Below, piece after piece: positions 53,111-64,000 of a DNA stretch of 64,000 bases. The notes under the pieces are model-generated. The model had not been told where the DNA came from. It was given only the letters and a program-made list of their open reading frames with translations, and did not search any database. The translations under genes were made by a program, and so were the position numbers. The number at the start of each line of letters is the position of its first letter. The first letter of the stretch is position 1. Source of the DNA: Mobula hypostoma (taxonomy: Eukaryota); the NCBI RefSeq assembly GCF_963921235.1, contig NC_086104.1:64232001-64296000 (forward strand), written 5' to 3'.

Positions 53111-54542
53111 TGGGATGTTCTGAGAGTACCTCTCTTCATTCATTCTGCTAGGATATATTTTTCAGCAGCAGAAGATAAGAAATTGTTTATCATCATAAAT
53201 GAGGATGCTAACACACTTTAATGAAGTTATGGATATGCAAAAAGTGAATTTATCCCAGGAGAATTTACAATTCAATTCCCAATCTTTGCTGAAGTAGGTG
53301 ATCTGGCTGAGACTTATAAGTTATATTCTTAAATGTCCCACAGAGAGCAAAATTTGTCCATTTATGTACATTTCAGTTTTTGACTTGCTTTCCCGAGAAA
53401 GAACATTCTGGCAAGCATCCATATCAGTGAAGGAATTCCAGCCAAATCCACATGCTTGGTCAGTCACAAGTTCATCAACAATATCAAAGTCTTTTGAGCT
53501 AATCTGGGTAAATCAGGAGGCCAAAATAGGCTAGAGCAAAGGCAGAATAGCTGAAGTCATCGAAAGATGGTAGACTGTATGCCTCAAATGCTCGAGGATT
53601 ACGACAGGCCAACCATTCACTGTAGTCTATTTCTTCAAGTAATTCCTCTCCTTATTGTGTGGAACGAATAAATTTCATTTACTGTCTGTGATCAGTCGGC
53701 ATCCAAAATAATGCAGAAGTAAGGAATTAATCATTGGTGAGAATCAGTCGACAGTAGTCAATGGCTCTGAATAACTTAGCAGCACTGAGAAGCATGCACT
53801 CACCCTTCACCATTCAAAAACAACTTCTTTGCTGAAAATCATGTTTCTGGACTTTCTGGATGCAAATCCCATGAGGTTGTGTGTCAAAACAAGCCCAGAC
53901 ATGTTGCTGCAACTTTGATCACTGCTTAAATCTTGCTGTTCGAAATGTTCTTAACCCAAATGTATCTCATTCCATGTGCCTTTATGCTCTGGAGTGCGCT
54001 TCAGAGTTGGAACTTATATGAAGTTGGAATATTTTTACAAAGTTAAACAGAATACATACATCAGTAAGTTATGCAGTGCAAGATTGAAGGCTACAATGTA
54101 AACTAGAGTCAAATCAATTTTAAAAAATGATTGAGATTCTCAAAGTACATAATTATACCTCAGCTGTTGGCAACACTGATATTTTTCTGTACTGTGCCGG
54201 TATCAAGATTGATTGACAGGGATTTTGCCAGATATAATTCTGCCAGGATGTTTTCGATATGGTTTTTACTTCCATCAGTGGAATAAAGATACATTAAAAG
54301 TGCAAGTTAGTTTTGGAAGGAGCACGCTGGCCTTCCTTCTTTTATTTTCCTCTCCAGTATAGATCTGCTATAATCTGCAAATGTTATTATTGAAACAGTT
54401 GAGCTGTAATTATTTAAACAGGACAAAAAGGGTCAAGATTTTTGTAGTTACAAACATAACGAAGGGCAAGCTGTCTCATTAGGCAATGATATAGAGCTTA
54501 CACCTTGACATAGGAGCACGATGTGAACGGTGCCTTGCTCAC

Positions 54543-54624
54543 CTTTCAGAGTGGCCTTCTTCAGAACCTTCATAGCATAGAGTTGCCCAGCATCAGAACC
54601 TTTGATTTTCTTAACAAGAAATAC
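54543..54624 (-). CDS. rps6ka2: RSK3 exon (82 nt): [27 protein letters not shown], contains the ATP-binding lysine
   Basis: AG acceptor at 54625-54626, GTGAGC donor from 54542, kinase subdomains I-II. Confidence 0.96.
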
Positions 54625-55103
54625 CTTGGAGGAAGAAATACAATAAAAAGTTAATGTAGATACTCCTCACAACCTGTTATTTTTCCATTTATATGAAAAT
54701 TATATTGAACTTCTAAAAATTTGCCCTCAATCCTAATTGTCAATTAAACTACATTTGCTGTATGTCTGGAGATACCTACCAGTTTCAGTCAAGAATAATT
54801 CATATTGTCTGGAAGAAATACATATTTGTACAGCATATTTTGTTAATATGAACCTTTTGCACCTTAAACTATGACATAGTATTGGAGAAAAATGTCTTAT
54901 GCAGTTCTTAATGCTTTGATTTTCCCCCTTCTTTGCTTGGCATTGGTTTTCTAATTCAATATTGTGAAGAAGATTGAGACATGTTTTAGTTAAAGGGATT
55001 TGTTAAAGGAGAGTTGTAACCATTTATCTAAATATGTAAACATTTGGAAAAGCATTTTAGTCCCCTCAGTAACACCAGCATTATGCTGATAAAGGGAGAT
55101 ATA

Positions 55104-58100
55104 CATCCAGTGGCCACTTTATTAGGTACTTCCTCTACCTAATCAGTAGCAGGAGCAGGCCACAGTGACAATGCTCCTCACGGGTCAGCAACGCTTGTTT
55201 AAAAGTACAGAAAGGACAAGTGGGGCGGCCATTGTTGGGAATAGGCCAGTGGTAAGAGTAAGAGTATCAAGCTTTGGCTCAAAAGAGGCTTCAGCTCGAA
55301 AGAGGCATTGGTTCTGGGTAAGCTTCTGTTACGGTTCCTATTTATCCCTCTTACTGCACCTAGTGTGGTAAATGGCCGTTGTGTGTTCTTCCAGGGAACT
55401 ACATCTATGTGAACTACATCCAGCTGCAGCTCCTTGAAGACTGCGTTAGGGATTTGGAGCAACAGCTGGACGACCTTTGGTTTGTACGGGAGAGTGAGGA
55501 GATAATCGACAAACAGTCACCTTGAAGTTGCAGGAGGCGAGTAGCTGGGTAACTGTCAGGAGAAATGGAAACGTGAGTAGACAGTTAGCGCAGAGCACCC
55601 CTGTGGCCATTCCCCTCAATAATCAGTATACCATTTTGGATACCGTTGTGGGGGATGACCTCCCTGGGGAATGCCATGGAGACCAGGTTACTGGCACTGA
55701 GCACATTTCCATTGTGCAGAAAGGAAAGAGGGAGAAGAGGGGAGCGGTAGTGATAGGGGACTCAATGGTCAGAGGAACAGACAGGAGATTCTGTGGACAT
55801 GAATGGGACATCCAGATGGCATGTTGCCTCCCAAGTGCCAGTGTCAGGGACGTCTTGTATTGTGTCCTCAATATTTTGGAGAGGGAGGGAGAACAGCAAG
55901 GTGTCTTGGTATATATTGGTATCAATGTCATAGGAAGGAAAAACAAAGAAGTATTGAAAAGATAATTTAGAGAGCTAGATAGAAAGCTGAGAAGCAGGAC
56001 CTCCAGGATAGTAGTTTCTGGATCGCTACCTGTGCCACGCGCCAGTGAGGGGTGAAACAGGATGATTTGACAAATTAATGCGTGGCTGAGAAGCTGGTGC
56101 AGGGGGCAGGGCTTCAGGTCCTTGGTCAATTGGGATCTCTTCTAGGGGAGGTATGATCTGTTCAAAAGTGACGGGTTGCACCTGAACCCGAGGGGACCAA
56201 TATTCTCATGGGCAGGTTTGTTAGAGCTGTTGGGGAGGGTTTACAGTGATTTGGCAGGGAGGGTGTGAACCAGAGTGAAGGGGCTCAGGACAGGACAGAT
56301 GGTAAAAAAGCAAAGATAACGTGCTAGGAAGGGTAGGCAGATGATTGGCCATGGTAGTTGTAACCAGCAGGGTGATTATTAGTGTATTTGGGATGCAGAA
56401 TCAAAAAGGGTAGCAAATACTGTACTCAAAGTGTCATATCTCAATGCACAGAGTATAAGAAATAAGGTGAATGACCTTTGTTGCACTATTACAGATTGTC
56501 AGGTATGATGCTGTGGCCATCATTGTATCGTGGCTGAAGGATGGTTATAGTTAGGAGCTAAATGTCCAAAGTTACACGTTGTATTGTAGGGATAGGAAGG
56601 TCGGCAGAGGGGGTGGCGTGGCTCTGCTGGTAAAGAATTGCATCAAATCAGTAGAAAGATGTGACAGAGGATTGGAAGATGTTGAATCCTTGTGAGTTGA
56701 GTTCAGAAACTACAAGGGTAAAAGGACCCTGATAGCAGTTATATACAGGCCTCCCAACAGTAGCCGAGATGTGCGCCACAGATTACAACAGGAAATAGAA
56801 AAGGCATGTCAAAATGGTAATGCTATGATAGTCATGGGAGATTTCAACATGTAGGTCGATTGGGAAAATTATGTTGGTAACGGATCTCAAAAGAGTGAGT
56901 TTGTTGAATGCCTATGAGATGGCTTTTTACAGCAGTTTGAAATTGAGCCAACTAGTGGATCAGCTATACTGGACTGGGTGTTATGTAATGAATCAGAGGT
57001 GATTAGGAAGCTTAAGGTAAAAGAATCCTCAGGAAACAGTGATTGAGTTCAACTTGAAATCTGATAGGGAGAAAGTAAAGGCTGATGTAGCAGTATTTCA
57101 GTGGAGTAAAGGAAGTTACAGTGGTATGAGAGAGGAGTTGGCCAAAGTAAATTGGAAGGAGATTCTGGCAGGGATAACAGCAGAGCAGCAATGCCATGCA
57201 TTTCGGGGAAAAATGAGAAAGATGCAGGATAGATGTATTCCAAAAATGAAGAAATACTCAAATGGCAAAATAGTACAACCATGGCTGACAAGGGAAGTGA
57301 AAGCTAACGTAAAAGCAAAAGACAGGGCATACAGCAAAGCAAAAATTAACAGGAAGATAGAGGTTTCGAAAACTTTTAAAACCCTACAGAGAGCAATGAG
57401 AAGTATCGTTAGGAGGGAAAAGATGAAATATGAAAGCAAGCTAGCAAACAATATCAAAGTGGATTGTAAAAGCTTTTTCAAGTATGTAAAAGATAAAAGA
57501 GAGATGAGAGTGGATATAAAACTGCTAGAAAATGATGCTGGGGAAATAATAAGGGGTGCAAGGAAATGGCAAATGAAGTAAATGAGTATTTTGCATCAGG
57601 TTTCACTATGGAAGGCACTAGCAGTGTGCCAGATGTTGAAGGGTGTGATGGAAGGGAAGGGAATACAGTTACTATTACAAGGGAGAAAGTGCTCAAAAAG
57701 CTGAAAGACTTAAGGGTGCGTTAGTCACCCTGGCCAGAAGAACTGCACCCTAGAGTTCTGAAAGAGTCAGCAGTAGAGATTGTGAAGGCATTAGTAATGA
57801 TCTTTCAAAAATCATTGGACTCTGGTATGGTGGAAAATTGCAAATGTCACTCCACCCTTTAAGAAAGGATGAAGGTACCAGAAAGAAAATTATAGACCAG
57901 CTAGCCTGAACTCAGTGATTGGGAAGATGTTGGAGTCTTTTTATAAGAATGAGGTTATGGAGTACTTGGTGACACAGGACAAGATAGAACAAAGTCAGCA
58001 TGGTTTCCTTAAGGGATAATCTTGCCTGAGGAACCTGTTGGAATTCTTTGAAGAGATTACACATAGGATAGATAAAGGGGATGCAGTGGATGTTGTATAT

Positions 58101-59827
58101 TTGGACATCCAGAAGGCCTTTGACAAGGTGCCACACATGAGGCTGCTTTCCAAGTTAAGAGCCCATGGTATTACAGGCAAGTTACTAACATGGTTAGAGC
58201 ATTGGCTGATTGGTAGGAGGCAGCAAGTGGGAATAAAAGGATCCTTTTCTGGTTGGCTGCCAGTGACTAGTGGTGTTCCGTAGGGGTCGATGTTGAGACC
58301 ACTTCTTTTTATGCTGTATATTAAAGATTTAGATTGTGGAATACATAGCTTTGTTGCCAAGTTTGCAGATGATACGAAGATTGGTGGAGGGGCAGTTAGT
58401 GTTGAGGAAACAGGCAGGCTGCTGAAGGACTTAGACAGATTAGGGGAATGGGCAAGAGAATGGCAAATGAAATACAATGTTGGAGAACGATGGTCATGCA
58501 CTTTGGTAGGAGAAATAAATGTGCACACTATTTTTCTAAACAAGGAGAAAATCCAAAAATCTGAGATGCAAAGGGATTTGAGAGTCCTTGTGTGGAACAC
58601 CCTAAAGGTTAACTTGCTGGTAGAGTTAGTGATGAGGAAGGCAAATGCGATGTTGACGTTCATTTCAAGAGGTTATAATTACAAGAGTAGGAATGAGATG
58701 CTGAGGCTTTGTAAGTCACTGGTGAGGGCTCACCATGAGTATTGTGAACAATGTTGGGCTCCTCATCTCAGAGAAGATGTGCTGGCATTGGAGATGGTTC
58801 AGAGGAGGTTCACAAGGATGATTCCAGGAATGAAAGGGTTATCATACAAGGAACGTTTGATGGCTCTGGGTCTGTACTCGCTGGAATTTAGAAGGATGGG
58901 GTGGGGAGGGGGATCTCATTGAGACCTTTTGAATGTTGAAATGCCTTGGCAGAGTAGATGTGGAAAGGATGTTTCCCATGGTGGGGAAGTCTAGGTCAAG
59001 AGGCCTCAGCCCCAGGATAGAGGGGTGTCCATTTAAAACAGAGATGCGGAGAAATTTATTTAGCCAGAGGGTGGTGAATTTGTGGAATATATTAGCACAG
59101 CCAGCTGTGGAAGCCGGGATGTTGGGTGTATTTAAGACAGAGCTTGATAAGTTCTTGATTGGACATGGCATTAAAGGTTAGGGGGAGAAGAACGGGGAGT
59201 GTGGCTGAGGAGGAGAAAAAAGGGTCAGCCGTGATTGAATGCGGAGCAGACTCAATGGGCAAAATGGCCTGATTGTGCTCCTATGCCTACGGTCTACTGG
59301 TCTAACAAAGAGGCCACTGAGTGTGCGTCTATGGTGTTTTGCTGCTGCAGCCGATCACCTCAAGCTTCAATGAGTTGTGCGTTCAGAGGTGCTACCCTGC
59401 ACACCACTGTAGTAACTTATGATTATTTGAGTTACTGTTGCCTTCCTGTTAGCTTGACAGTCTGACCATTCTCCTCTGACCTCTCTCATTAACAAGGCAT
59501 TTTCACCCACAGAACCGCCGCTCATTGATTTTTTTTAAACTACATCAATTTCTGTAAACTCTAGAGACTGTTGTATGTAAAAATCCCAGAGGATCAGCAG
59601 GATCTGGGATTCTCCAACCACCTATCTGGGACCAACAATCATTCCATGGTCAAAGTCACTTAGATCATATTTCTTCCTTCCTTCTGATGTTTGGTCTGAA
59701 CAACAACTGAACCTCTTGACCATGTCTGCATGCTTTTATGCACTGATTTGCTGCCAAATGTTTGGCTGATTAGTTATTTACATTAACAAGCTGGGTAAGG
59801 GGTACCTGATAAAGTGGCCCCTGAGTA
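55104..59827 (-). mobile_element. Non-autonomous Tc1-like DNA transposon split by a CR1 insertion
   Basis: TIRs cagtggccactttattaggtac (55108-55129) and gtacctgataaagtggcccctgagt (59802-59826); TA at 55102-55103; transposase N-terminus DLSDFDHGMIVG..TTVSRVY on the minus strand at about 59550-59670. Confidence 0.8.
55144..59304 (+). mobile_element. Near full-length CR1 LINE (ORF1 esterase, ORF2 endonuclease-RT), degenerate
   Basis: ORF1 AVVIGDSMVRGTDRRFCG (SGNH/GDSL-like); YLNAQSIRNK, IYRPPNS, MGDFN; VYLDIQKAFDKVPH, KFADDTKIGG; 3' tail at about 59280-59304. Confidence 0.93.
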
Positions 59828-60989
59828 CAAATACCAATGGTTAAATAACAAAACAAAAGCATCTAGTGCCCAAACAGAGCAGTATGTATTATTGGAGAGA
59901 ACACGTACTCCAGCACATGCATGCATTGAACAATTGATAATATACTTTACACATTATATTTCTTCACTTGACAAACATGAGGGTCTACAAGGAATACATA
60001 TCAAAGACTTAGATTAATTCTACAAGTTCTCTAGTTTAAGTCTCATGAATACTGGAAGTTATTTGTAAACTTAACTGCCTCCCTTCCTACCCCAAATGAA
60101 GTTCGATATTCTCTCCAAATTCTTCTTCTGATGCTCAAAGAATAATGACTCTTTTGAGGAGAGAACAATTTTCCTGAGAGAAGCAGAGTGCCTAATTATA
60201 AATCAAGAAAGGGAAAGGTTTGATGGTATAGATTATGCTTTGAGTTTTGGTAGAGATAGTTTGAGAAGGCTAATTTAAAATCAACAGAGTTTGCCTGAGG
60301 TCTGTTCATTTTAAAACATAGCAAGTGACTTCATTTCAAAGGAACTAATATCTAGATGACAGAGCAGAAACTGATGGGACAAATGTGGATCACAGATGCT
60401 ACTATATATTTGCATGAAAGGGAAATGAATCAAGAGTATGAGATAGGTCTATTACTAAATAAGTTAGTGTACATGTGTGGGAGATGGTGGAGATGAAAAT
60501 GGGTGCTATAGGACCATCTCATATTGTCATGGTAATATTCTGTGAGTCAAATTAGACAGTGATGAATATGACTCACTCTTGTGCTCTTAATATTTGTTAC
60601 AATACTACATGACTGAGAATAATCACATCTCTTCTTGATGCTAAAATAGTACAACCAAGTACTATTTTGAGATTTACAAACACTCTTGGGTTTGATCATG
60701 CAGTTAAAAAAAAGCACAAATGACTGCCCAAAAAAGCTGCATTTAGGATGAGCACATTGACTGGCCAGAGTGGAGTTATCTGGTAAACCTCTGTCAATCA
60801 ATCTTGATGACCGCACAGCATTGAAAGGCTGAGGATAGTTTCAGTTGCAGAATTTACATGTAACTATTCTTCACTCCATTTTACTGGCAAAATCACTCCT
60901 GAAGGAAGTTGCTTAATGTTTTGGTTGATCTGGTCTTTAAACAAATTCTGTTTTCTGAGTAAATTGACTTTGTTGCCTACTTGGACAGT

Positions 60990-62230
60990 AAAGAAAGCAA
61001 CAGGAGTAAGCCATCTGGCCCTTCATGCTTCCAATGTCATTCATCAAGATCATAGCTGATATACGACCGAGTGATTTTCTGCCTTCAAATCCTTTATTCA
61101 TTTAATGTCCAGAAATCTTACAATCTGTAATTTGCATGAACAAAATGACTAAGCTTCTATTATCCACTGGAGCAGAAAATTCCAATAGTTAACTGTGCTT
61201 TGAGTGAAGATATTTTTTCCTTACCTCACCCCCAAACAATCTTCTGTGTATTCTGAAACTATTCCCCCTGGTCCTTGAAGCCTCAGCTAGAGGAAACACA
61301 CTCTCCACATCCGGACTGCCTGATGATCTCACTCTTCCAGACTGCAGAGAAAGTAGTCCCAGTCTACTCAGTCTAACATCACATTTCTGTACCCGAATTG
61401 CTTTCAAACTCTACAACTTCTCTACTACTATTCTTTGACATATATTCATTTCCTTTATTTCCTCATTCTCACAAGACCCATGATTCACTAATAAATCTGG
61501 CAGGCTTTGTTTCTTCTTCCAAGAAGTCAGCCACAAAGTTCAACTACCATTTTATTATCATCCATTAAAAATTCTCTTGACCTTATCTATCCTTGATACA
61601 GTTTCATAAATATTTGCAAAATCCCCTGCTATCCATTTTTATGTTTCTCGTCAGTCCATTCTCAAATTCTGCATTGCTGTTCTTTATCAATTTCTTTTTC
61701 TGCCTTTGCTGAGTTCTAAATTGATTGCAATCCTCAGGCCTATCGCTATTTCAGGCAATTTTATAAACTTGTTTTTTGCATTCCACACTACCCAACGTTT
61801 CTCTTGTTAGCCATGGATGAATCACTCTAGTTACAGGGTTTTGGACTTTAAAGATATTTTATGCAACTTACTCATTATCCATTTAATTTTGAATCATTGC
61901 AGATCCATCATGATCTCTTTCGATGTATTCTCCGAAAGTACTGTAGCCAACACTCCACCCAAGCCTTTCTTTATTTAGATTTAAGATACTAGTTTCACAT
62001 TGATTTACACTTTCAATATCAAATTCTATTGCACGATAGTTACAATTCCCCAAATGCCCTTTGACATCAAGATTATCAATTATTCTTCTTGTATTACACT
62101 AAACTAGATCTACAAAAGCCTTCTCCATAATTGGTTCATCAACATATTGTTCCAGGAAAACACCTCAAGTAAATTCCATGAATTTAACTTCCACTTTTTT
62201 ACAGGAAATCGGATTTGTTCCGTCTCCACG
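60990..62230 (-). mobile_element. Old, internally deleted CR1
   Basis: DVESVFPLAEASRTRGNSFRI; 3' end caggagtaagccatctggccc; endonuclease-region remnants to about 62230. Confidence 0.6.
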
Positions 62231-62232
62231 TA

Positions 62233-62900
62233 CAGTGCCTTGAGGAAGTATTCAACCTCCAAACCTTTGTTTACATAAATGATTATTGCAACCAGGCACT
62301 TAGATAAATTTAACTGAGATTTTTTATTTGTGAATCACATGCTCTCTTTTTCACAGTAGAGCCCAAACAACAGGGAAATTGTACCTCATGAATAACTAAA
62401 AGTTCAAAACCTGAAATGTTAGCAGTTCAAAAGTATTCAGCCCACTTTGCTCAGTACTAAGTTGAACCACCTCTCACATCTATTACAGCCAGTAGTCTTT
62501 TTGGATAAGTCTCTGTTAGCTTCGATGAACTTTTCCAATTCTATTAGCTCTTCCCATTCATTGTTGCGAAATTGCTCAAGCTGTGCCAGGTTATTTGGGG
62601 AGCAGCAGTAGACAGCAACCTTGAGGTCTTGCTAAAGATGTTTGATCAGGTTAAGGTCAGGACTCTGACTGGGCCATTCAAGGAGATCAATTTTCTTCAT
62701 TTGAAGAAACTTCTATGGTTGCTCTGGGTCATTTTCCAGCCGAAAGATGAACTTCCTCCCTAGTTTAGGCTTTCTGGCAGAGACTAACAGGTTTTATTCC
62801 ATGATTTCTGAATTTAGCATTATTCATATTCCCATCAGTCCTGACCAGATTTCCAGTCCCTGCTGCTGAAAAGCATCCCCATACCATAATGCTCACTCCA
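62233..62900 (-). mobile_element. Tc1 transposon fragment (one IR/DR end plus transposase C-terminus)
   Basis: TA+CAGTGCCTTG..AAGTATTCA terminus, with the inner repeat aaaagtattca at about 62429; minus-strand SIMVWGCFSAAGTGNLVR and EWPSQSPDLNLI. Confidence 0.85.
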
Positions 62901-64000
62901 TCCCAAGCTACCTTGAACAATTTCCCGAAAGGATACTGGTCTAAGCACTGCTAGATGGAACCCTTCTAATTTCTGCAAATCCCACTTTGTTTCAGTGCCT
63001 CAGAAATCTGAAACCACAGCATCTCTCCCACCACTCCTTCATCAGATCTTCCACTCCTACTCAAATTTTGCTGGCATATAACTAATTAGCTATGTGTGTT
63101 CTGCCTCCAGGACTTCATCCATTCTTCTTTTATTATTGATATTATGGACTATGATCTTTGCCCATGTTTGATCTTCAATGTAAAGAACTGCCAGGATTTC
63201 TTGCACATATACCAATATTCCACCACTTCTGATGGGTCATTCCTGCCACTGGGCCAAGATATAAATATTACAATATTCAAGCTGTTAGACATAGGTTCAT
63301 ACAGCACAAAAACATGCCATTCCAACTCACTAGTCAATGTTGGCTAAGATTTCCATCTGAGATAGTCTCATTTGTCTGTGTTTGATCCAAATTCCTCTAA
63401 ACCCTTGTTATTCAGGCACCTGTCCAAGTGTCTTTTGGACTTTGCTAAAATTCTTATTCCTATTTAATACCTCTCTTCTCACCTTAAATCTATACCCTCT
63501 GGTTCTTGATTCTCCAACCCTGGGAAAAAGGCTGTGTGCATTGACCATTGCTTGAAAAGTCAATAAGACAGCTCTCCCATTATAGACATCAAACTCCGAA
63601 TGTTTCTGGAAAAGAGCTAGCTACATCCAAACCAATTTTATCCTTCTTCCTATTTTAACACAGTGACTATGATACAACTGAATTTTCACTCGGTCATTTC
63701 AAAGGGAGTTTAAGAGTCAATCACTTGGAGTGCATCTCGAGTTACATTTCAGCTATTGAGAGCCAGATACATTTTTATGTTAATCAGGAGTTTCATAAAC
63801 ACTAACAGTAAAAATAAGTTTGTTTTGAAAATTTCAAGATTGAATTTAATTGAATAAAATAATTCAATGGACCATTTACTCCACTCAGGAAAGCAAATTC
63901 AGAATGTCAAATAAATTATGAATCTAAGTTGTCTGTTTATAATATAGGCCAAAACCAATTTCCTCCACTATTTGCTGAGACCTCACCACATTAAAACTGA

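Noticed and set aside
53561-53585. cgaaagatggt..atgcct resembles a 28S rRNA motif
   Set aside because: Only about 11 contiguous bases match and the similarity does not extend.

Overview
This is vertebrate genomic DNA lying entirely inside one large gene on the minus strand. The repeat families (HE1-like V-SINEs, CR1, Rex1/Babar, Penelope-like) suggest a cartilaginous fish, probably a ray; that is an inference. Ten coding exons read by hand (54624 down to 9203, 859 nt, open frame) encode most of the N-terminal kinase domain and the start of the linker of RSK3 (rps6ka2). One intron has a non-canonical GC donor. The introns are packed with decayed and often nested mobile elements: Rex1/Babar, CR1 and RTE LINEs, a sushi-like Ty3/gypsy element, a solo LTR, Tc1 remnants and SINEs. 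The most notable signal is a family of Penelope-like elements carrying minimal type I hammerhead ribozyme motifs. It includes a young 240-bp non-coding fold-back element (19226-19465, 15-bp TSD) made of two inverted hammerheads, one with an intact core. Other leads are a possible 777-nt stop-free circular RNA flanked by inverted LINE copies, a candidate poison exon, and two insertions of unexplained DNA inside LINEs. Exon coordinates are base-exact from splice-site reading; repeat boundaries are approximate.
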